Virus record (IMG/VR): IMGVR_UViG_3300037475_000064
Reading direction: 5' to 3' (one strand)
Length of the DNA stretch: 64,000 bases
Source: a virus
A model generated the notes under the pieces. The model was not told where the DNA came from. It saw nothing but the letters and a program-made list of their open reading frames with translations, and searched no databases. Position numbers and translations under genes: made by a program. Positions 50,344 to 58,651 of this stretch are shown here, one piece after another. Position 1 is the stretch's first letter. Each line of letters starts with the position of its first letter.

Positions 50344-50411
50344 TTGCCAGTTGTCCCGGACGGAGCGATGCGCTAAGTTTAACGCCCAATCCCGCCACCC
50401 GGAGCCGACCC

Positions 50412-50654
50412 ATGGCCAAGCTGACCGCGAAGCGTCGCAACGCTCTCCCCGCCTCGAAGTTCGCCCTTAAGCAGGGCGGCAAAGAAAAATACCCGGTTGA
50501 TACGAAGGGGCGGGCCGTCGCTGCCAAGGGCCGCGCTACGCAGGCCGTGGCGAAGGGAAGGCTAACCCCTGAGCAAGCTTCGAAGATCAAGCACAAGGCC
50601 GACGCGGTCCTCGGCAAGCATGATTGCGCGTACCACAACACAGGGAAGTGCTGA
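50412..50654 (+). CDS. small basic protein (DUF6582-like pattern)
   Basis: ATG at 50412 with GGAG RBS; RRNALPASKFALKQGGKEKYPVDTKGRAVAAKGRA. Confidence 0.5.
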   Translation: MAKLTAKRRNALPASKFALKQGGKEKYPVDTKGRAVAAKGRATQAVAKGRLTPEQASKIKHKADAVLGKHDCAYHNTGKC

Positions 50655-50656
50655 TC

Positions 50657-50956
50657 ATGAAAGACGCCAAAGGACACGGCAGCAACACGCGCAATGCGAT
50701 GCTCGACATCAACGGACGCGGCATCATGCCGAGCCGTCCGTTCCGCGAGGGCACCGCTCATCAGGTTTCGCTCGCCGAGGACCATGGCGTCGCAACGGAC
50801 CATCTGCTCAACGGTCAGGGCCATGCCTACGGCTCGCCCGCCGCGCTCGCCGACTTCAAGGCGCAGTACGGCGGACCGCGCAATCATGCGGCGGAAGATC
50901 GCGCGTTCCGCAGCGGGCAGCGTGAGATCAATCGCCTTCGACGACAGGGGAAATAA
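50657..50956 (+). CDS. GHGSN-leader family protein 1
   Basis: Starts MKDAKGHGSN. Confidence 0.6.
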   Translation: MKDAKGHGSNTRNAMLDINGRGIMPSRPFREGTAHQVSLAEDHGVATDHLLNGQGHAYGSPAALADFKAQYGGPRNHAAEDRAFRSGQREINRLRRQGK

Positions 50957-50958
50957 TC

Positions 50959-51249
50959 ATGAAAGACGCACTAGGACACGGGTCGAACACCGGGCTCCAC
51001 TCGGGCGGGACGCAGAAGACGCCGCAACTACAGCGTCGGCACTTCGAGGCGATTGCCGCTGACTTGAAGGCCAAGAGCGCGTCGCCCGAAGAGGTTCACG
51101 CAATGGCTGACAAGCTCGCGACCACGAACCCCGGCTTCCGCCGGGACTTCTTTGTCGCTGCCGCGACCGGCGGCGGCTATCGGTTCAAGGGGCCGGGCAA
51201 CAACCCGGCGTCTGTCGCGCGCAAAGCGAAGAAATACTCTGGGGGCTAA
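50959..51249 (+). CDS. GHGSN-leader family protein 2
   Basis: Starts MKDALGHGSNTGLHSGG; AGGGGA RBS. Confidence 0.6.
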   Translation: MKDALGHGSNTGLHSGGTQKTPQLQRRHFEAIAADLKAKSASPEEVHAMADKLATTNPGFRRDFFVAAATGGGYRFKGPGNNPASVARKAKKYSGG

Positions 51250-51335
51250 GGATGCAATGTGGTACGCGAACGCGCTCTTTCGACTGGGCTTGTTCGTGAT
51301 CGCAGCGAGCATCTTGCTTGCGAAGGGACGATGGA

Positions 51336-51599
51336 ATGAAAGACGCAGCGGGACATGGCAGCAATGGGAAGGGCAGCAACTCGGCTCTGACCAAGACGCA
51401 AGGTCCCGCGTCCCCGATACCTCGCGGGCCGACCGGCAAGGGCGGTAAGGGCTTCGGACAAGTTCACGGCGGCGTCGTGATGTCGTCGAATGCACAAGCG
51501 GCGGGCGCTCTGATGTCCTCGCTAAAATCAACTCAGGCCCCGGTCCATCCTGCTATGATGTACCATCGGCCATCACCGGACGGCGGATCAGCATCATGA
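51336..51599 (+). CDS. GHGSN-leader family protein 3
   Basis: ATG at 51336, MKDAAGHGSN; Gly/Lys-rich. Confidence 0.55.
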   Translation: MKDAAGHGSNGKGSNSALTKTQGPASPIPRGPTGKGGKGFGQVHGGVVMSSNAQAAGALMSSLKSTQAPVHPAMMYHRPSPDGGSAS

Positions 51600-52102
51600 A
51601 AGACGCAAAAGGTCACGGCAGCAATGCAGGCTGGAAAGTATCGCTGACCGGCAAAGGCACCGAAGACGGCGTCAAGTGGTCGCGAGTTTCGCGTGAGTTC
51701 AACGTCCCTGCGAGCCGTGCGCGCACTCAAGCTGACGCGGAGCGCGAAGCTATCAACGCGCACGAGAGCATGGGCTGGTACAAGAACATGAGAGTGACTG
51801 GCAGTGAACCGATCTTTGATCCGGCTCACGAACTCGCCAGCGGCCCGAAGTCGGCACCGGCTCCCGTTCACGACAGCATGTCCGGGCGGCTCCAAACGCC
51901 GGGCGAGCAGTATGCGATGAAATCCTCGGGCGGGCCGAAGTGGAAATATCAGGATGCGCGCGGCGTTGATCAGACCGGCCACATGGAGCGGTACGTCGAA
52001 CACGGCGGAACCGATCACACCGCATATATGCGGAGCGACAGCGGCGATCTTCACCTAGTCAGCGGCTCACGCCTCAAGGCGATGAGCAGAATTTGGAAAT
52101 GA
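51596..52102 (+). CDS. GHGSN-leader family protein 4
   Basis: MKDAKGHGSN; internal LASGPKSAPAPVHDSM; ATGA overlap. Confidence 0.6.
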   Translation: MKDAKGHGSNAGWKVSLTGKGTEDGVKWSRVSREFNVPASRARTQADAEREAINAHESMGWYKNMRVTGSEPIFDPAHELASGPKSAPAPVHDSMSGRLQTPGEQYAMKSSGGPKWKYQDARGVDQTGHMERYVEHGGTDHTAYMRSDSGDLHLVSGSRLKAMSRIWK

Positions 52103-52103
52103 T

Positions 52104-52298
52104 ATGTCGCGCAAAAAGAAACACGAAGTAGATGACAAAACCGCGAAGGAAGCGCTACGCTACGGCGGCAAGTCTGGCGCGGTGCCTACGCACTCTGCAA
52201 TGCAAGACCCCGACGCTGACGCAACCGACGCCGAGCCCGACGATGACAGCAACGAAGACGAAGACAACGACAACGACTTCGACGAGAACCGGAGCTAA
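52104..52298 (+). CDS. small highly acidic protein
   Basis: 64 aa; GGKSGAVPTHSAM then a D/E/N-rich tail. Confidence 0.5.
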   Translation: MSRKKKHEVDDKTAKEALRYGGKSGAVPTHSAMQDPDADATDAEPDDDSNEDEDNDNDFDENRS

Positions 52299-52301
52299 GT
52301 C

Positions 52302-52373
52302 ATGATCGCAGACCTATTCGCGATACTCGTTTGCGGCGGCGCAGTCTTCGCGCTGCTTAAAGGATTTTTCTGA
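52302..52373 (+). CDS. 23-aa hydrophobic peptide
   Basis: Hand translation MIADLFAILVCGGAVFALLKGFF; GGAG RBS at 7 nt. Confidence 0.4.
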   Translation: MIADLFAILVCGGAVFALLKGFF

Positions 52374-52374
52374 A

Positions 52375-52971
52375 ATGAGCAAAGTCAGCCGCAAGGCATT
52401 TCCGCATGCCCTCAAGGCGGTCTACGATTTCATTGACGCGCTCGCAGCGGGCGGCGGAGGCGGCGGAGGCACCGCTGCGTATTCGGTCACTATCCCGCTC
52501 GTTACGAGCGCGACCCCGCTCGTCGTCACGCCGGACGTGAATGCTCCGCCACTGACGATCTACGAAGTCACCAGCGGCGGCACTGGGGGCAACGAGTTCA
52601 TCGGTTTCGTGCGCTATGCCAAAGACGCGGACCTGACGTTTGGCAACCTCACTCAGAACGGCAAGCATGCGGTGTTTGTCCTAAAGACGCGAACGAACGC
52701 GCTGGACAAGGTCTATATTCAGGGCCTCCCCACGGCTGCCGACATCAGCGGGTCGGCTCGCGCTAATCAGACTTTCTACGACGCGGCGGGAAAAATTGTC
52801 GCGCACATCAACACCGGAAACACCGCGACCCCCGGACCGGGCGGCTCGTTTGGCGGGGCTCTCATCGACTACGTCGGCGCTGCCATGGCGTACACGTGGA
52901 TGTACGAAGAGTGGGCCGCGCGTCAGGACATGGTTGACGAAGAAAACGACAACGATATCGTAACCCCGTAA
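52375..52971 (+). CDS. hypothetical protein (Gly run, beta-rich)
   Basis: 198-aa ORF. Confidence 0.55.
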   Translation: MSKVSRKAFPHALKAVYDFIDALAAGGGGGGGTAAYSVTIPLVTSATPLVVTPDVNAPPLTIYEVTSGGTGGNEFIGFVRYAKDADLTFGNLTQNGKHAVFVLKTRTNALDKVYIQGLPTAADISGSARANQTFYDAAGKIVAHINTGNTATPGPGGSFGGALIDYVGAAMAYTWMYEEWAARQDMVDEENDNDIVTP

Positions 52972-52981
52972 GGAATGACAG

Positions 52982-53497
52982 ATGGCTAAAGATCAACTGG
53001 GACACGGCAGCAATCAGCGGGGCACGGGCGCGCAGGGAATGCGGCTCGTGAAAACGCATGTGCTCGGCCCTCACTCCGCCAAGGTCTACAAGAACCCGGA
53101 TTGGGAAGAGAACGTCGTCAAGTTTTTCCACAACGGCGTCTACCAGTCGAAGGCCGATAGTCATACGAACGATCTCGCGGACGCGCACGCGACGGCGCGC
53201 TTTCAGCTTCAACGCTACATGGATCAGGACGCAAAGGCGTCACTGGCCAGCGGCCCGAAGTCGGATGCAGCCCCGACGCACGATAGCATGACCAACCTAC
53301 AGGGTAGCATCGAACGCGGTCACGCGATGCGCTCCGCAGGCGACGGCAGGCACGTATCGGGCTTTGCAGCGGGCGGTCGTCACGGCTACAGCCCCGACGC
53401 GGTCAACAAAGCCATCGCCTCGTCGAACCGCTCCGGTCGGCGCATCGGCGGACGTGAAGCGAAGATGATCCACGCCATTATCAAGGGCCGGGGGTAA
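52982..53497 (+). CDS. GHGSN-leader family protein 5
   Basis: MAKDQLGHGSN; internal LASGPKSDAAPTHDSM. Confidence 0.6.
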   Translation: MAKDQLGHGSNQRGTGAQGMRLVKTHVLGPHSAKVYKNPDWEENVVKFFHNGVYQSKADSHTNDLADAHATARFQLQRYMDQDAKASLASGPKSDAAPTHDSMTNLQGSIERGHAMRSAGDGRHVSGFAAGGRHGYSPDAVNKAIASSNRSGRRIGGREAKMIHAIIKGRG

Positions 53498-53609
53498 ATG
53501 GTCGGCCAGAGAATTTCGAAGCCGGTTCAACTCGCCGTTAAGATTGTTTTGCCGAACCGCGTGCAACGAACGCCGGTCCCGGATAAAAAGCCCGAGAAGG
53601 ACAAAGACA

Positions 53610-53843
53610 GTGAAAGACCCACTAGGACACGGTAGCAACGGGCGCGGCGCATTCAAATCGCCGAAGCATCAGTTCAAGGTCGAGAAGCACATCGCTTTTC
53701 ACGGAACGACTGCGGCTGGCCAGAAGGTCACCACGACCGGCAACGTCTGGCAAAAAGTCGGCGCGGGTCGTCGGGCTGTCGCAGAGAAGCTCGCGCAATT
53801 CGCTCGTGTCGATAATCCCAACTCTCGCGTGAGGATCAGATAA
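53610..53843 (+). CDS. GHGSN-leader family protein 6
   Basis: GTG at 53610 gives VKDPLGHGSN at the same N-terminal position as its paralogues; GAAGGA RBS. Confidence 0.5.
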   Translation: MKDPLGHGSNGRGAFKSPKHQFKVEKHIAFHGTTAAGQKVTTTGNVWQKVGAGRRAVAEKLAQFARVDNPNSRVRIR

Positions 53844-53845
53844 AC

Positions 53846-54079
53846 ATGAAGGCAGCAATTCCCTCAGTGCTCGCGCTCGCTATCGTCGCCGTGCTCGCCT
53901 ATTTCCACGACTGGCAGACGCAGGCCCCAGTCGCGGCTCCCGTGATCGGGCCGTTCGCGTATGCGGACGCTGTCATGCCGTCGTTCGTACCGACGCCGAA
54001 GCCGCGTCCGCGACATCATCGGCGTCATCGTTTCGCTGTTTGCAAGCCGCCGCTGCCCGGACTGGAGTTATCGAAATGA
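53846..54079 (+). CDS. N-terminally anchored membrane protein
   Basis: 77 aa; TM IPSVLALAIVAVLAYF. Confidence 0.5.
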   Translation: MKAAIPSVLALAIVAVLAYFHDWQTQAPVAAPVIGPFAYADAVMPSFVPTPKPRPRHHRRHRFAVCKPPLPGLELSK

Positions 54080-54513
54080 AGGACGCGCTAGGTCACGGCA
54101 GCAACGCGCATAGCGGCGGCATCGAAAAGATCGGCAAGATCAAGGTGCATCCGCAGGCGACGGCCACTGCCGTCTATAATCTGCTCCATTCGGGCGGCTT
54201 CTCCGTCAAGCCTGAGACCGGCGCTTCACCGAAATCGGGCTACATGGTTTCGATACCGGGGCACACGAAGATCATCGCGGGCGACCCCGACGAGCGTGCA
54301 ATCCAGCAGTACGCGAATGAACACGCTGGCGTGCTTCAACATCCCGGAGCCCATATCGGCGGCTGGCAGCACGAAGGCAATACCTACCTCGACGTGTCCC
54401 ATCGGTACAGCAGCAAGAGCAAAGCCGCTGCCGCCGGAAAGCAGCACAATCAGATCGCGATATGGGATGTGAAACATGGGCGAGAGATCAACACGGGCGG
54501 CACCGGGGAGTAG
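54076..54513 (+). CDS. GHGSN-leader family protein 7
   Basis: MKDALGHGSNAHSGG; globular C-terminal domain (GGWQHEGNTYLDVSH...NQIAIWD); ATGA overlap. Confidence 0.6.
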   Translation: MKDALGHGSNAHSGGIEKIGKIKVHPQATATAVYNLLHSGGFSVKPETGASPKSGYMVSIPGHTKIIAGDPDERAIQQYANEHAGVLQHPGAHIGGWQHEGNTYLDVSHRYSSKSKAAAAGKQHNQIAIWDVKHGREINTGGTGE

Positions 54514-54516
54514 GCC

Positions 54517-54726
54517 ATGCAACCACAGTGGACGCAATCGAACCGTCCGGTCTCGGATGACGACGCTTCGACTACGCTTGCGAACGGTCATCCGAAAAGC
54601 AACACGCCCCCTACGCACTTCGCTCAGGTTCTTCCGGGCAGCCCGGGCTCAGGCGCGGCTCCGGGCGCGAACGGACCGCCTACGACCGGGGCCATCGGGC
54701 CGGGCGACCCGCTGAGTTCTACGTAG
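54517..54726 (+). CDS. small Pro/Gly-rich disordered protein
   Basis: 69 aa; contains HPKSNTPPTHFAQ. Confidence 0.45.
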   Translation: MQPQWTQSNRPVSDDDASTTLANGHPKSNTPPTHFAQVLPGSPGSGAAPGANGPPTTGAIGPGDPLSST

Positions 54727-54804
54727 CGGAGTTGCCAGTTGTTTGTCGCCGTCAAGCCTAGTAAGCTTGGCGGCGAAATCACATCTGCGCGCGAGGGCTA
54801 CATC

Positions 54805-55110
54805 ATGGTTGCAAATCATCCCGGCATGACCGATCAGACTTCGAGCAACATTGCTCGGGACGGCGCGGCCAAGAAAACCCAGACCAAATTCCCCGTCAAG
54901 GACGGCATGAAAAATCAGACCCAAGTGCTGAGCGGCGTGAGCCCGGCCAACCCCGGCGTCGGCCCCGATGCCGCCCCGGCCAACCCGCTTTCGCCGGAGC
55001 CAAAGCAGAAGCACTCGCAGGCCATCCCGAAACACCCCGGCATGAAGGGCGAGCACGATGCAGCCCTCGGCAGTGCGGTTCTCGCCGAGGCGGCCAATCT
55101 TGGCCGCTAA
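54805..55110 (+). CDS. disordered protein with repeated HPGM
   Basis: ATG at 54805 with GAGGG RBS. Confidence 0.45.
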   Translation: MVANHPGMTDQTSSNIARDGAAKKTQTKFPVKDGMKNQTQVLSGVSPANPGVGPDAAPANPLSPEPKQKHSQAIPKHPGMKGEHDAALGSAVLAEAANLGR

Positions 55111-55138
55111 GCCGAAAATCTGAGCGAAGGAAACGAAC

Positions 55139-55438
55139 ATGGCAGACGGCGGTACTGAATTTGTCGGCTCGCATGAGAAGGCGCGCAACGGTTACGGCCA
55201 GAACGGCTACCAAGGCCCGGCGAGTGATCTTCCCGGCCAGAGCACGCGGATGGACCGCGACTACGGCCTCGCGGCTGATCCGTCCGCCGACGCGGGCAAC
55301 TGGCAGACGCGCGTCGTCCCCAAGTATGACTGCCCGCCCGCATTCGGTATGAAGTCCCCCGCCGAACCCGCCAAGGTGCCCGACGCCACCATGCGCCGCG
55401 CTTCGAAGCAGGCCGCGCCGGGCTCTTTCCAGCGGTAA
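55139..55438 (+). CDS. hypothetical disordered protein
   Basis: 99-aa ORF. Confidence 0.5.
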   Translation: MADGGTEFVGSHEKARNGYGQNGYQGPASDLPGQSTRMDRDYGLAADPSADAGNWQTRVVPKYDCPPAFGMKSPAEPAKVPDATMRRASKQAAPGSFQR

Positions 55439-55441
55439 CTC

Positions 55442-55591
55442 ATGCCGAAACCGAACACGTGTAAACCTTCGAGTTTACATTCAAGGCTCCAGCGTCAACT
55501 CGAAGGTATCGAGAAGCATCTGGAGCAGTTCCCCAATGACAGGCTGAGCTTGCAGCGCGCGAGCACTATCCGCGCCGAACTCAGCAAATGA
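55442..55591 (+). CDS. 49-aa protein
   Basis: Hand translation MPKPNTCKPSSLHSRLQRQLEGIEKHLEQFPNDRLSLQRASTIRAELSK. Confidence 0.3.
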   Translation: MPKPNTCKPSSLHSRLQRQLEGIEKHLEQFPNDRLSLQRASTIRAELSK

Positions 55592-55600
55592 TACGCGAAC

Positions 55601-55675
55601 GCGCATATCCTGCGGATATGCGCGAACTCGTATAGGACGTGGCGCGCATGAGCGCGCTCCATCGCTTGAGCGATG
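55601..55675 (+). promoter_or_regulatory. three consecutive palindromes upstream of terS (pac/cos or attenuator candidate)
   Basis: GCGCATATCC-TGC-GGATATGCGC (55601-55623); GCGCGC-ATGA-GCGCGC (55642-55657); CATCGCT-TG-AGCGATG (55660-55675). Confidence 0.4.
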
Positions 55676-55693
55676 TTACTGGAGGATACCCGC

Positions 55694-56494
55694 ATGCGCG
55701 GCGACGACATAGACCTCGAAGAGATGCTCGGCCCCTCCCCGGCGGTCGAAGCGGAAGAAAACCTCGTTGATGCGGCCCCGGTAGATTATCCGAGCACGGC
55801 CCTCATGAAACGCTCGCGCAGCTACCCCATCAATCGCGCAGCGAAGAAAAACACCCAAGAACGTCTCAAGCGCGCTTTGAACTACGTTGCCGAAATGCCG
55901 GTCACCGCCGACGTTGCGCGTCGCATGGGCCTGAGCAACGCAACCCTCAAGTATTGGCTCCAGCGCTCCTTCGAAGGCGCTCCGGGAGATGGCTTTGACA
56001 TCGCCATGGGCGACGACGACGAGAACGGCACCGAAGACAACACCATTCGGTTTCACGAAGCATGGGACCTCGCGATGCTGTCCGGCGTCGAGCGCGTCGA
56101 GGCCGCAGCGATCAAGCGTGCGACCGGCTACGACGAGACGCTGACCTATCGCGGTCAGGTGCAGTATCGTTACGATCCGGTCAAGATGGCCGAGAGCCGC
56201 TTGCTCGGCATCCCTGAGCTAGTCCCGGAGAATTATCTGCTCGACGAGTTCGGCGCTCCCGTCCCGGAGACGGTCCTCAAGATGGACCCGGACCTCGCGA
56301 TGTTCATCCTGAAAGCCCGCAAGCCGCAGACCTACGGCGCGAAGGCAAGCGTGGATATCAACGTCAAGGGCGGCGTGCTTGTGGTCCCGATGCGTGCTGT
56401 CGATGCAGCCGAGCTAAACGAGATCGAAGATCGATATCGAAAGAACGGTCGGCCCTCCGTCACATTCGAAGAGGGCGACGAAGACGATGTTTGA
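55694..56494 (+). CDS. terS: terminase small subunit candidate
   Basis: GGAGGA RBS; HTH-like VTADVARRMGLSNATLKYWLQR; directly upstream of and overlapping terL. Confidence 0.55.
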   Translation: MRGDDIDLEEMLGPSPAVEAEENLVDAAPVDYPSTALMKRSRSYPINRAAKKNTQERLKRALNYVAEMPVTADVARRMGLSNATLKYWLQRSFEGAPGDGFDIAMGDDDENGTEDNTIRFHEAWDLAMLSGVERVEAAAIKRATGYDETLTYRGQVQYRYDPVKMAESRLLGIPELVPENYLLDEFGAPVPETVLKMDPDLAMFILKARKPQTYGAKASVDINVKGGVLVVPMRAVDAAELNEIEDRYRKNGRPSVTFEEGDEDDV

Positions 56495-58082
56495 GATCGC
56501 GGGCGCAGTCGAGACGTTCAAGTCGATCAACGGCGAGTACGTCCCGTTCGTGCGAGACGCTAACGGAATTTTGAAGGCCGTAGCTTGGGCACCGCAGCCC
56601 GGCTCGCAAGCCTTCTTCCTCGCGGACCCCACGGTCGAGGTCCTCTACGAGGGAACGCGTGGCCCGGGTAAGACCGACGCGCTGATCATGGATTTCTGCC
56701 AAGAGATCGGCAAAGGCTACGGCGCGGAGTGGAAAGGCATCCTGTTCCGACAGACGCATCCGCAGTTGCGCGACATCATTGAGAAGTCGAAGAAGTGGAT
56801 CAAGCGCATCTGGCCGGATGCAATCTACAACGAAGTCAAAACGATGTGGGAGTGGCCAACAGGCGAGCGCCTGTACTTCGCGCACTTCAATGTACGCAGC
56901 GACTACGACAACTACCATGGTCACGCCTATCCGTGGATTGGTTGGGAAGAGTTGACCAACTGGCCTAACCCGGATTGCTACAAGAGCATGTTCTCGTGCT
57001 CGCGTTCGACGATCAAGGGGATGCCGCGCAAAATCCGCTCGACGACGAACCCCTACGGCGTCGGGCATAACTGGGTCAAGGCGCGCTGGCGGTTACCGAT
57101 CAATGGCGAGATCGGTCCGAACGGCACGCGGCCTAGTGTTGGGCCGATCATCATTGGCGAGATAGACGAAGACGGAAACAAAGAGCCGCCGCGTCGCGCC
57201 ATCCACGGCTATCTCGACGAGAACCAGTTGCTCTTGCACGCCGACCCCGAGTACAAGGGGCGTATCGCGGCTGCGGCGAGAAACGCGTCGGAAAAAGCGG
57301 CGTGGCTCGAAGGCTCGTGGGACATCGTCGCAGGCGGCATGTTCGACGATATTTGGTACGAGTTTCGCGACACGATTGTCATGGAGCCGTTCGACATCCC
57401 GCCGGGATGGAAAATCTATCGAGCCTATGACCACGGCTCGTCGAAGCCATTCTCGGTCGGCTGGTACGCCGTCAGCGATGGCACGGACTTCAAGCTTCGC
57501 GACGGTCGCATCCGCTCGACCGTGCGCGGCGATATGTTTCGGTTCAAAGAGTGGTACGGCTGGCGTGGTCAGGCTAACGAAGGCTCGCGGATGCTCGTCG
57601 CGGATATTGCGAAGGGCATCATCGAACGCGAGATCAAGTGGGGCCTGCGCGCGGCGGACGCCTCGTGGACCCGCGTCAGCCGAGGCCCGGCGGACAGTTC
57701 GATTTTCGACGACAACACGAATGGCTCAGATGTGTCCATTGCTACCGACTTCGAGAAGCGCGTCACGATAAACGGCGTCAGTCATCGGGGCATTTTCTGG
57801 GAACGCGCCGACAAGGGACCCGGCTCGCGTGAGCAGGGATGGGAGCAGATCAGAAAGCGGCTCAAGGCGACCAAGCGTCCGCCGGGCGGCTTCCGGGAAA
57901 TCCCCGGGCTGTTCATCACCACCGAATGCGTACAATGGCTTCGATGCGTGCCTGTGCTGCCGCGTGATGAGTTGAAGATCGATGACGTTGACGATGAAAG
58001 CGAAGACCATAATGGTGACGAAACGAGATACATGCTGCGCTTCGAGGTTCGGACCATGAAGTCCGGGCGGGTCGCAGCGTAA
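56487..58082 (+). CDS. terL: terminase large subunit
   Basis: 531 aa; Walker A-like GTRGPGKTDA, C-terminal nuclease-type acidic motifs (AYDHGSS, EDHNGDETRY). Confidence 0.85.
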   Translation: MFEIAGAVETFKSINGEYVPFVRDANGILKAVAWAPQPGSQAFFLADPTVEVLYEGTRGPGKTDALIMDFCQEIGKGYGAEWKGILFRQTHPQLRDIIEKSKKWIKRIWPDAIYNEVKTMWEWPTGERLYFAHFNVRSDYDNYHGHAYPWIGWEELTNWPNPDCYKSMFSCSRSTIKGMPRKIRSTTNPYGVGHNWVKARWRLPINGEIGPNGTRPSVGPIIIGEIDEDGNKEPPRRAIHGYLDENQLLLHADPEYKGRIAAAARNASEKAAWLEGSWDIVAGGMFDDIWYEFRDTIVMEPFDIPPGWKIYRAYDHGSSKPFSVGWYAVSDGTDFKLRDGRIRSTVRGDMFRFKEWYGWRGQANEGSRMLVADIAKGIIEREIKWGLRAADASWTRVSRGPADSSIFDDNTNGSDVSIATDFEKRVTINGVSHRGIFWERADKGPGSREQGWEQIRKRLKATKRPPGGFREIPGLFITTECVQWLRCVPVLPRDELKIDDVDDESEDHNGDETRYMLRFEVRTMKSGRVAA

Positions 58083-58135
58083 AATCACCGTCAAGCACTA
58101 TTGCAATTTTTGGTTAATACTGGTAGAGGATCACA

Positions 58136-58651
58136 ATGCAGCTAGGTTCGGAGACTTTTGTCAGAAGTCGGGGACGTATCTCGACGCCGGAGACGCGTGA
58201 GGCCGAAAAGCTTCGAGCGCGAGCGAAGCGCGCTGTCAACCGTGAGCCTAGTCGGGCTGCGGCGCGTCGCTACAACGCTAATCATCCCGGTCGGCATCAA
58301 GAGGCGCGGCGAAACTGGCGCTATGCTAATCCGGTAAAGCGCCTTCTCCAGACTGCTAAGGCTAGGGCAAAGCAGCGAGGTCTTGAGTTTGCTATCACTG
58401 CGAACGACCTCCAGCCGTTCCCCACGCACTGTCCTGTGCTTGGGATAAAACTTCAATACGGTGGGGAGCAGGGAAAGAATTTGCGGGCGAAAAGCAAGTG
58501 GGCGCTCGCGTCCCTTGATCGTCGTGACAATTCTCTCGGATATATTTCCGGGAATGTTTTTATCATCAGCCTTCGCGCTAACATGCTAAAGAGTGATGGC
58601 ACTCCCGATGAGCATCGCGCTATCGCTAAATGGGCGGGAGAGATCACATGA
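58136..58651 (+). CDS. HNH endonuclease
   Basis: CPVLGIKLQY...ASLDRRDNSLGYISGNVFIISLRANMLK; basic repeat N-terminus; GAGGA RBS. Confidence 0.7.
   Translation: MQLGSETFVRSRGRISTPETREAEKLRARAKRAVNREPSRAAARRYNANHPGRHQEARRNWRYANPVKRLLQTAKARAKQRGLEFAITANDLQPFPTHCPVLGIKLQYGGEQGKNLRAKSKWALASLDRRDNSLGYISGNVFIISLRANMLKSDGTPDEHRAIAKWAGEIT

Noticed and set aside
53498-53635. 45-aa ORF between GHGSN genes 5 and 6
   Set aside because: It has no RBS and a Lys/Pro/Arg-rich composition, and it overlaps the better-supported GTG start of gene 6.
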